Positions 29,201 through 36,785 of a DNA stretch of 64,000 nt are shown piece by piece. A program made the position numbers and the translations under genes. The notes beneath the pieces are model-generated. The model did no database searches. It worked only from the letters and a program-made list of their open reading frames with translations, and was not told where the DNA came from. Position 1 is the first letter of the stretch, and the number at the start of each line of letters is the position of its first letter. The DNA comes from Thermoplasmata archaeon (lineage in GTDB: Archaea; Thermoplasmatota; Thermoplasmata; UBA10834): positions 1,119 through 65,118 of the forward strand of contig JBFFML010000008.1 in the NCBI GenBank assembly GCA_041554135.1. The letters run 5' to 3'.

Positions 29201-31360
29201 TCAGTTCTTCTTCTTCCTCTTCACCTTCTTGTCCTTGCGTTCCCTCTTACGCAACTTGCCCGAGAACACGAGCACGGACGCCGTCGGCTCGAGGTCCTCC
29301 TCGCGGTCGACCTTGGCCTTGGGCGGGGACGGACGGGTCGGCTCCGCCGGCTCACCGACCTCAGGTTCGGCAGACGGTTCATCGGCCGTCTCGTCATCGG
29401 CGTCCTCCTCCGCTTCCTGTCCAGCCTCCGCCGCCTGCTCCGCCTGCTCCTCGGCCTCCGCCACGGGCTCGCCCTCGGCGGGCTCTTCGGCCTCCAGGAA
29501 CTTCTCGAGGCCCCTCAGCGGCTCCAGCACGGGCTCTTCGGGGGCCTTCCCGCTGGCGATGAATATCTCCCTGTCGTCGAACCTGCTGAAATGCAGACGG
29601 TCGGTCTTCATGAGGAGGGCGATCGGCAGCACGAGCATGTCCTTCGATATGCCGGTCTCCTTCTCGATCTTGTCGAGCGTCGCCCCCGACGTCTGCGTGA
29701 CGGTCAGTATAGTCCTTATGGCCTCGTTGACGTTGAACTTCTCCTTGCCGGCGGCGATCGTCAGCTGCGTCTTCTGCTCGACTATGCTGGACAGGAACTC
29801 CTTCGTGCGCTTCTCGAAGTTGGACGGGTCCTCCCTCAGCACGCGCCACATGTATGTCGTGTCGAGCCCCAGCTGCTCCCAGCCTCGTATCTGGTCTATC
29901 CTCTGGCCCCGTATGAACTCCCTCTGGAGGCCTCTCAAGGCCACCTCGCTCTTCGGCCTGAGAGCCAGGGCGTCCCGGTAATGCATCACGGCCTCGTCGT
30001 ACCGGCCGAGCCTGGAGGTCATCTTGGCCATGTTGATGTGCGCGTCGAAGTTGCCTGGCATGAGGACCATCGCCTTGTTGAAGCACACCAGCGCCTCCTC
30101 GGGCCATGCGAGCGAGGCGTATATGACGCCCTTGTTGTTCCACGCGTACCCGTTCCTGTCGTCTATCCTCAACGCGCGGTCGTAGGCGCTCAGCGCGAGG
30201 GCGCGCTTGGCGTCGAACGCGTGTATGTTGCCCACCTGACACCACGAGATGCTGTCCTCGGGGTCGACCTCCAGCGCTATGTCGTAATGCGTCTTCGCCC
30301 GCGCCAGCTCCTTGAGGCCGTACAGCGCGTCGCCCTTCACGCTCCAGGGCAGCGCGAACCTCTTCGCGATGCCCATGTCGAAGGACATCTCCAGCGCCTC
30401 GTCGGCGTGCTTGAGGGCCGTGGGGAAGTTGCCCTTGCGTATGGCGCCGGTGGCTCCCCTCAGCCGGGTCCACATCGAGTTGTACTGAAGCTCCCGACCG
30501 ACGTAAAGCGCCAAAGGCAACACGGAGAACACGATGCCTATGGCGGCCAACGTCCTGTCGTATTGATCTATGCTCTCGCTCGGGAGGATGCCCAGCTGCT
30601 CGTGGAACGCCACCAGGAATATGCTCATCGCGCCGAGCAGCCACGAGGCGAAGAGGCCGTCCCTCGTCCTCATGAGCTTGAGCGCCAACAGGGCGAGCGA
30701 GGCGCCCACGACCATCAGTGGCAGGTTGACGGCCGAGAACGGGTACTCGTACGGGTCGCTGTGGACCACGCCGAACGCTTCGAGCACGGGGACGAGCAAC
30801 AGGAAGATTATGCCCACGCCGAAGAGCGAGACATACAGGCTGTCGGTGTCGTCGATCGCCTTGGAGGCGATGACCATCATCGCGAAGCCACCTACGATCA
30901 GCACGCTCATCACGATGGCCCACCCACCGATCGACGGGCCCGACGCCGCCAGGGCCACCAGGCTCGCGAGCGTGAGCACCAGCCCGATCTGGCCTATTAT
31001 GGACCTCGGGAGAGGCAGCCGTATGCGGCCTGGCTTCGAGGCCACCATGCGCTGCACGTCGAACAGCATCAGCAGGCCGAATATCAGGAAGATGCTGGAG
31101 ACGGCGAACAGATATGTGTTGTACACCTCCCAGTTGCCGTACCATGTCTCCCAGCTCGCGAAGAACTCCACCGACGCGCCGATGATCACCGCCGCGTACA
31201 GCACCAACGCGTACAGCCTCGGCCCGCCGATCCATGGCACGAACGGCTGTACTGACTCCGTCCGCTCGCTCAACGGCCTGATGAGTTTAGTGAGGGACAT
31301 GCCCTCGTGTTCCGGCTGGTTCTCCGCCTTCTCCTCGTCCGTGACCGTCATTCTGTTCAC
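29201..31360 (-). CDS. Polytopic membrane protein with cytoplasmic TPR repeats and acidic-then-lysine-rich C-terminal tail
   Basis: About 8 hydrophobic helices are followed by TPR units (YDIALEVDPEDSISWCQVGN, YDRALRIDDRNGYAWNNKG, FNKAMVLMPGNFDAHINMA, YRDALALRPKSEVA). The tail reads EEPAEGEPVAEAEEQAEQ..KLRKRERKDKKVKRKKKN. GTG 31360 overlaps the upstream stop (GTGA). ATG 31351 is an alternative start. Confidence 0.65.
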   Translation of the reverse strand: MNRMTVTDEEKAENQPEHEGMSLTKLIRPLSERTESVQPFVPWIGGPRLYALVLYAAVIIGASVEFFASWETWYGNWEVYNTYLFAVSSIFLIFGLLMLFDVQRMVASKPGRIRLPLPRSIIGQIGLVLTLASLVALAASGPSIGGWAIVMSVLIVGGFAMMVIASKAIDDTDSLYVSLFGVGIIFLLLVPVLEAFGVVHSDPYEYPFSAVNLPLMVVGASLALLALKLMRTRDGLFASWLLGAMSIFLVAFHEQLGILPSESIDQYDRTLAAIGIVFSVLPLALYVGRELQYNSMWTRLRGATGAIRKGNFPTALKHADEALEMSFDMGIAKRFALPWSVKGDALYGLKELARAKTHYDIALEVDPEDSISWCQVGNIHAFDAKRALALSAYDRALRIDDRNGYAWNNKGVIYASLAWPEEALVCFNKAMVLMPGNFDAHINMAKMTSRLGRYDEAVMHYRDALALRPKSEVALRGLQREFIRGQRIDQIRGWEQLGLDTTYMWRVLREDPSNFEKRTKEFLSSIVEQKTQLTIAAGKEKFNVNEAIRTILTVTQTSGATLDKIEKETGISKDMLVLPIALLMKTDRLHFSRFDDREIFIASGKAPEEPVLEPLRGLEKFLEAEEPAEGEPVAEAEEQAEQAAEAGQEAEEDADDETADEPSAEPEVGEPAEPTRPSPPKAKVDREEDLEPTASVLVFSGKLRKRERKDKKVKRKKKN

Positions 31361-33897
31361 CCTCGGGGTTCCCCGTCCGTCGATGTCTTCTCCGCTCGGT
31401 CTTTTCGTCTCCGAGTAATGGCGAAGAACATAATTGTGATTATCGCTACCGGGAGGACGACGCTCTCGAACTCAGGTATGGGCACCTGACCTATGTTAAT
31501 TGTCCCCGGAGTGGGGTTCATCCAGTCCCAAGTGGTGTATCCGTCCTCCGGCGTGCCGATCCTGCCGTACGTCACCGACCTCCAAAGAGGCAGCTCGACG
31601 CTGTCGACGATGACTGGTGGGTCGGAGGCGTCGTACAATACGAAACTGGTCGGTTTGCCGAAGAAGAGGTCAGTAACCAGCAGTATCTCGCCGGAGGCTA
31701 TCAGGGTCCCTTCGTCGAACTTGTACACGAGGACCCCGTCGACCCACACCTCCCACCCGCTCAGGTCGATCGCGACCGGGCCCGTGTTGTAGAGCTCGAA
31801 CCAGTCGTCGGATTTCTGAGGAGTGGAGGAGTATATCTCGTTGAGAATCACGCCGCCGAACTCCCTCAGGCCGTAAATGGCGGTCGTGAACAGCGTCGAG
31901 GACGCGCTGTCCTCGCAGCCGCGCCAGTCGTAGGACAGATAGACGAGTCTGTAGTCCACATCCGTGGACAGGCCTAGCGATTCGAGGCTCGCGCCCACCT
32001 CCAGCTGGTACGAGTCGATGGCGGCGTCCACCTCGCCCAGTTCGTCCCAATCGGCGTCCATGTAAGCGTATGCCCTGGACGACAGGATCGAGTTCGCCTT
32101 GCCGATGATGACGATGGCCATCTCCGCCCCTCCGATGCGGAACCCCGTCTCGGGGTCGCTGTCGGCGTCGATGAAGATGTACGCGGAGTTCGCTCCTAGC
32201 TTCGGCTCGGCCTCGCCGCCGGGCACTTCGCCGTCGACGGGCTCCGGGACCTCTTCGACCCACCTCGTCAACTCGCCTGGGATGTTCGACCCTGCGAACA
32301 CCGTGCCGTCGACTGCCATATAGAAGAAGGCGACGCCGCTCTCGGTGGCCGTCTTAGTGACCGTTATGTCGACATCGCTGTTCGTCAGCTCCCCGCCGGA
32401 CGGGGACGACACGTCGCCTGTCGGGTCGAGCATGTGCGGCTTGAGACGCCAATCGGCGAAGGCGCCATCCACCGCCATGCTCCTCGGAGCGGACGATATG
32501 TGCACGACGGCGGACCCGTTGAGCGTCGGCACCAGCGTCACATGCGGCGCGTCGTCGGCGACGAGGCCCGACGAACGAGCCAGCCTGAGACCGTACGTGT
32601 CGGACGCGTATTCCTCGGAGAACGACGCGAGTATGTCCATCGTCGCCGTCACGCCCTCGTCGATGACGAACGGCCGCTCGAAGGCTATCAGGCTCTCGTT
32701 GCCGACGCCGAGCGTCCTGTAGGACTCGATCGCCTTGAGCTCGTAGGCCGTGGCGTTCCCCAGCGTCTCGAAGCTCAGGCCGTCGATGGACGCCCGAGAG
32801 CCCTTGGCGGTCAGCTTGAGCGTCAGCATCAGCTCGTCGATGAACCCTGCAGTGACGGGTGTCGCGGAATACTCCTCGGCCACTCTCACGGCTGAGCCCT
32901 CATGGACGAAGTTCACCTCCGTCCAATCGTCGGATGAGTTGGTGTGGCGGGAGCATACGGCCGCCTTAGACTGCCCCTTCAACGCCAGATTAGTGCCTAT
33001 CTCCATCCTGTCCTCACGATGGGCCACGAGCGGCGCGCCGGCGAGCAGGAACGCCCCGTAGTCGTCCTGGCCCGAACGGTCGTCGTAGAAGTACTGTTCG
33101 CTCAGCTTCAGCGAGTCGTTCCATCCGACGGCGAGGATCATCGAGTCGGCCCCGAGCCCCCTTACCGCGTAGCCGGTCGAAGCGTCCCCGTCGATGTCGA
33201 TGAACACGTGGAAGGCGTCCGCGCCTCCGTCGACGCCGGCGAATATCTCGCCGGCGGTCCGCACATAGAAGTACGATTTGCTGGAGCCCAGCTTCATCGC
33301 GTACTCGGTTATCGACACGTCCGGGTTCTCGGCGTCCGGCGTGTCCTTGAAGACCTGGGCGTCGAGCCAATCGAGGAAGTAGCCGTCGATCTCGACGGTG
33401 TCCGGGGGGAAGGTGTACACGAGCGCGTACGAGAGCGTGAGGATGACCGTGCAGAGCAGCGCGACCACTACGAGCCGGGTCCTGAGGGCGACGAACGGCG
33501 CAGCGAGCTTCCTGTGCTGGAACGACATCCTGAGGCCGTTCACCCGGCCGGAGCCGTTCGTGAGACCGTTCGTCAGACCGTTCGTGAGGCCGTTGATGAA
33601 ACCGTTGATGATGCCGTTCGTGCGCCCGTTGGTGAGGCTGTTCGTGAGGCTGTTCGTCAGGCCGTTTATCCTTCCCACGAAACGACCTGGGCCGTCCCGC
33701 GCGAGCCAGCCGTCGGGCTCGTGTGAGCCGTCAGTGAATCCTCTGAGGGGTTCCTCTGGAGGCCCGGAGCCTTGGCCGTTCTCAGCGTGGTTTCTTCGCA
33801 AGGCCTGTCCCTCTCTCACGCGGGGGGCATTCGGTCGGCAAAGGCTCCGCTTATCCAGCGGCCGCCTTCTGCTTTCGTCATGATGAGAGGCGTGCAT
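31357..33897 (-). CDS. Surface protein with lamin-tail domain (LTD), duplicated IDG..DW domain, N-terminal (NGLT)n repeat and PEF-like C-terminal membrane anchor
   Basis: LTD: VILNEIYSSTPQKSDDWFELYNTGPVAIDLSGWEVWVDG. Two related modules: EIDGYFLDWLDA..FHVFIDIDGDASTGY and AVDGAFADWRLK..AYIFIDADSDPETGF. Signal-anchor: LVVVALLCTVILTLSYALV. C-terminus: PIPEFESVVLPVAIITIMFFAITRRRK. The start is ambiguous: longest ORF at 33897, GTG at 33678 just before the repeat, or ATG at 33528 after it. Confidence 0.7.
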   Translation of the reverse strand: MHASHHDESRRRPLDKRSLCRPNAPRVREGQALRRNHAENGQGSGPPEEPLRGFTDGSHEPDGWLARDGPGRFVGRINGLTNSLTNSLTNGRTNGIINGFINGLTNGLTNGLTNGSGRVNGLRMSFQHRKLAAPFVALRTRLVVVALLCTVILTLSYALVYTFPPDTVEIDGYFLDWLDAQVFKDTPDAENPDVSITEYAMKLGSSKSYFYVRTAGEIFAGVDGGADAFHVFIDIDGDASTGYAVRGLGADSMILAVGWNDSLKLSEQYFYDDRSGQDDYGAFLLAGAPLVAHREDRMEIGTNLALKGQSKAAVCSRHTNSSDDWTEVNFVHEGSAVRVAEEYSATPVTAGFIDELMLTLKLTAKGSRASIDGLSFETLGNATAYELKAIESYRTLGVGNESLIAFERPFVIDEGVTATMDILASFSEEYASDTYGLRLARSSGLVADDAPHVTLVPTLNGSAVVHISSAPRSMAVDGAFADWRLKPHMLDPTGDVSSPSGGELTNSDVDITVTKTATESGVAFFYMAVDGTVFAGSNIPGELTRWVEEVPEPVDGEVPGGEAEPKLGANSAYIFIDADSDPETGFRIGGAEMAIVIIGKANSILSSRAYAYMDADWDELGEVDAAIDSYQLEVGASLESLGLSTDVDYRLVYLSYDWRGCEDSASSTLFTTAIYGLREFGGVILNEIYSSTPQKSDDWFELYNTGPVAIDLSGWEVWVDGVLVYKFDEGTLIASGEILLVTDLFFGKPTSFVLYDASDPPVIVDSVELPLWRSVTYGRIGTPEDGYTTWDWMNPTPGTINIGQVPIPEFESVVLPVAIITIMFFAITRRRKDRAEKTSTDGEPRG
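33550..33670 (-). repeat. 12-bp tandem repeat, about 10 units, encoding (N-G/S-L/I/F-T/I)n
   Basis: The plus-strand core cCGTT recurs at 33554, 33566, 33578, 33590, 33602, 33614, 33626, 33638, 33650 and 33662, an exact 12-nt period. The minus-strand codons read AAC GGC CTG ACG / AAC AGC CTC ACG / AAC AGC CTC ACC / AAC GGG CGC ACG / AAC GGC ATC ATC / AAC GGT TTC ATC / AAC GGC CTC ACG / AAC GGT CTG ACG / AAC GGT CTC ACG. Confidence 0.9.
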
Positions 33898-34117
33898 CGG
33901 TTCAGCGCATGTTCCCTGTGCTACTCTCCGTGTTGCCAGGTAGACCTATCGGACGGGGATGGCTATATTTCTTTCCCGTACAGCCGTCGCCCAATGCGTG
34001 GCAGGCACCGAATACGATTAGTACTACCGACATCAGGCCTCGAAGAGCTTTTGCCTTTAAGAATGGAAGACAGGGACGGTCGGTCCCTGATGGGACGAGG
34101 CGGCTCGCCCCGTTTGC

Positions 34118-34648
34118 TCACAGCGTGTCCGCGACCGCCCATTCGCCGAAGGCCAACGTGCCGTCCACGTCGATTATGGTCGTCTGGAGCTCAATGACGT
34201 CCCCTATGTCGTACGCAGCCGACAGGTTCGTCGCGGACGATACCTGGATCGAGAACAGGCCGTGGTTGACATCCATCCAGTCGAGGAAGCCGTCGTTCCA
34301 CTCCACGGGCACGAAGAACCTCGTGCCTTCGGCGGGGCTGTTCCACTCGTCGCCGACGTAGATGAAGTACAGTGTCGTGACATACACCGTCGTCGTTGCG
34401 ACCGTGTGCCTATAGTAGCGCATGTCGACGATCATGTCACTCACCTTCTTGACGTCGTTCTCGTGCCAGTCGCCCGGTATCTCCAGCTCCTGGCGATAGG
34501 TCAGGTCCCCGGAGTACTCGAGGTCGTCGAACAGCTTGGAGAATCCTCCGCTCTTCTTGGTCCCTACAGCCGCGATCGTCACGACACCCACTATGACTAT
34601 GGCCACGACGACCAACGCTAGCATGATACCGACAATCTTCCTTTCCAT
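34118..34648 (-). CDS. N-terminally anchored hypothetical extracellular protein
   Basis: MERKIVGIMLALVVVAIVIVGVVTIAAV is followed by a beta-rich 140-aa domain. No family recognised. Confidence 0.5.
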   Translation of the reverse strand: MERKIVGIMLALVVVAIVIVGVVTIAAVGTKKSGGFSKLFDDLEYSGDLTYRQELEIPGDWHENDVKKVSDMIVDMRYYRHTVATTTVYVTTLYFIYVGDEWNSPAEGTRFFVPVEWNDGFLDWMDVNHGLFSIQVSSATNLSAAYDIGDVIELQTTIIDVDGTLAFGEWAVADTL

Positions 34649-34826
34649 GCGAGCCTCACTCTCCTCGACACATCTTACGATGGCTACACGGAAGAGATGA
34701 ACCCGCGCCTTGGAGCGCCCACAGCATGTGCTGTTCCATCCCTTCTGCGCTGATGCAATTAATCGGGTTAATACTATATAATTATTTGCCAGCTGGCCAA
34801 TCGATAGGCTCCCTCGCGCGCGACGC

Positions 34827-35651
34827 TCAGGCTGCCGAACGGGTGTCGGCGACGCGCATGTCCATGAACACCAGCGCGATCCCCACCACCAGGACCACGA
34901 GGAACCCGACGGCGACGCCGACGGAGCTACCCTGGAGGGCCGAGTTTATCGGGTTCCAGAGCAACATGACTATCAGCGCGAAGATGCCGAACACGAACAA
35001 CGTCAACGACATGCTAGGCACGTTCTCGGACACCTTCTTCCCGGAAGACACGGCCTTCTTCGCAAGCATGAAGACGAGCAGGCCGATCACAAGCACCACA
35101 ACGGGCACGGCCGCGAACAGCGCCAGGTTGTCCTCGATCGGCGGGACCCAGGTCCAGTACCAGTCGATCAGGAGCGCGATCTGGATGCCGATTATCCCCA
35201 ACAGGGCTAGGGCGATGCCGAGCACGCGCATGTCGATTATGCTCGTCGTGATGCCGTAGGTGAACTCCGTCTCGGCCTCCTCGACCTCGATTATCTCCTC
35301 GACCTCTTCCTCCTCGAACTCGGCGCCGCAGTTCGGACACGCCGAGACGAGCAGGCTGACCATCTTGCCGCACACGGGGCACGCGGCGGTCTCCTCCTCC
35401 ACGGCTTCGGCCGCCTCGCCCGGCGCCTCTTGCTCCTCGAACTCCGCGTGGCAATGAGGGCAGACGGTGACTTCCAAGCTCACGAGTCTTCCGCACACGG
35501 GGCAGTCGGCGCCCTCTTCCTCGGGTTGCGGCGCGACTACTTCGTCCTCCTCGAACTCCGCGCCGCACACCGGGCACGATGGCACGTCCAGGCCGACCAT
35601 CTTGCCGCATACGGGGCACGCGGCCTCTTCAACCTTCTTCTTCGGAGACAT
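34827..35651 (-). CDS. Membrane protein with three tandem N-terminal zinc ribbons
   Basis: ORF 34827..35948 trimmed to ATG 35651 (MSPKKKVEEAA). The three ribbons are CPVCGKMVGLDVPSCPVCGAEFEE, CPVCGRLVSLEVTVCPHCHAEFEE and CPVCGKMVSLLVSACPNCGAEFEE. About 5 hydrophobic helices follow. Confidence 0.6.
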   Translation of the reverse strand: MSPKKKVEEAACPVCGKMVGLDVPSCPVCGAEFEEDEVVAPQPEEEGADCPVCGRLVSLEVTVCPHCHAEFEEQEAPGEAAEAVEEETAACPVCGKMVSLLVSACPNCGAEFEEEEVEEIIEVEEAETEFTYGITTSIIDMRVLGIALALLGIIGIQIALLIDWYWTWVPPIEDNLALFAAVPVVVLVIGLLVFMLAKKAVSSGKKVSENVPSMSLTLFVFGIFALIVMLLWNPINSALQGSSVGVAVGFLVVLVVGIALVFMDMRVADTRSAA

Positions 35652-35874
35652 ATCAGCACCTGCAGGAGGGCGTGTGACAATGATACTTGTTGGCAATTGG
35701 AGTCGCTGCATAAAAAGGTTGCTCACGCACGTACGGGCGCCACATGCTGGCGCGGGTCTATCGTACCGATCATACGTGTCGGTCCGTGCGGGCGTACTGA
35801 CCGCGAAGCGCGCGCCTCCAACCCGGGCAAACAAATATATCTCATAGCGCTTACAGCCCGCAGAGGGGACGAGA

Positions 35875-36753
35875 TTGGCAGACATGGCCGAGCTCCTGGA
35901 CAGCGTGGCTCGCTTCCTTGAGAGCCACAACGGCCAGAGGATATCCATATGCGCCTACTCAGTCTTCGCCACGGCCGTCCTGCTCGTCTTCCCAGGGACC
36001 GCCGCCGCCCTGGTATTCGGCATACCCTACCTGTTCTTCGTGCCCGGGTTCGCCCTCGTCCGACTCGTCTTCTGGAAGAACACCTCGTTCGAGGCGAAGT
36101 TCGTGCTCAGCATGGGGCTGAGCATCCTCGTCGTGATACTCCTCGGACTGCTCCTCGTGCTCACGCCCATCGGCCTCAACTCGGACACCACGCGGTCGTC
36201 GATGATTCTCTTCTCCCTGGGGGCCGTCGCCCTCGAGGTCTTCGTCTGGCCCGCAAGCCGCGGCGAGGAGGACGCGGACGAGAAGAGCGAGCGGGTGATC
36301 AAGGAGGAGCCGTTCAAGCTCGACAAGGTCGTGGTCGCCATGCTCGGGACCGCGCTCGTGGTGTCCGCGATATCGCTCGGCCTCATAATCACGGCTGAGT
36401 ACCCCTCCCGGACGTACTACGCGATGACGGACGAGTTGGGGAGTGCGAACATCAACACGACCTACATCGTGGGAACGAACCTCACGCTCATAATCGAGAT
36501 GCACAACGGCGAGGACGGGCCGAGGGGGTTCATGCTGCACGCGTACGGCATCAACGACACAGCGGTGTTCGGCGAACAGTTGTTCAACTACGAGCTGGAG
36601 TCCGGCGACACTGTGAACCAGTCCGTCACTTTCTCACTGGACGAGCCGGGCGTGTTCCGTCTGGTGTTCAAGCTGTACATCCAGGAGGAGGGGCGTGAGC
36701 CGTACCTGTACAGCGAGAACCCGGTCCAGCTATGGATAGAAGTGACCGCGTGA
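35875..36753 (+). CDS. DUF1616-like archaeal membrane protein (tentative)
   Basis: Four N-terminal helices (AVLLVFPGTAAALVFGIPYLFFVPGFALV..) are followed by a beta-rich C-terminal domain. The start is TTG 35875 (GAGGGGA 5 nt upstream) or ATG 35884. Confidence 0.5.
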   Translation: MADMAELLDSVARFLESHNGQRISICAYSVFATAVLLVFPGTAAALVFGIPYLFFVPGFALVRLVFWKNTSFEAKFVLSMGLSILVVILLGLLLVLTPIGLNSDTTRSSMILFSLGAVALEVFVWPASRGEEDADEKSERVIKEEPFKLDKVVVAMLGTALVVSAISLGLIITAEYPSRTYYAMTDELGSANINTTYIVGTNLTLIIEMHNGEDGPRGFMLHAYGINDTAVFGEQLFNYELESGDTVNQSVTFSLDEPGVFRLVFKLYIQEEGREPYLYSENPVQLWIEVTA

Positions 36754-36785
36754 GACGATGATGACGGCCCGTTGGGATGCGTTCA

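Noticed and set aside
29394-31255. 613-aa minus-strand and 554-aa plus-strand ORFs overlapping the TPR membrane protein gene
   Set aside because: These are alternate-frame and antisense products (Arg/Gly/His/Pro-rich). Only the frame 29201..31360 shows TM helices and TPR repeats.
33550-33670. The 12-bp periodic array as a CRISPR array or non-coding satellite
   Set aside because: The units are contiguous with no spacers and are far too short for CRISPR repeats. The array is in frame inside an ORF, and the variation between units is mostly synonymous.
33679-33897. The first 73 codons of the longest LTD-protein ORF as genuine coding sequence
   Set aside because: The composition is Arg-rich and unnatural, and A/T-ending codons are frequent, unlike neighbouring genes. 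I kept the longest ORF as the listed coordinates but regard this extension as doubtful.
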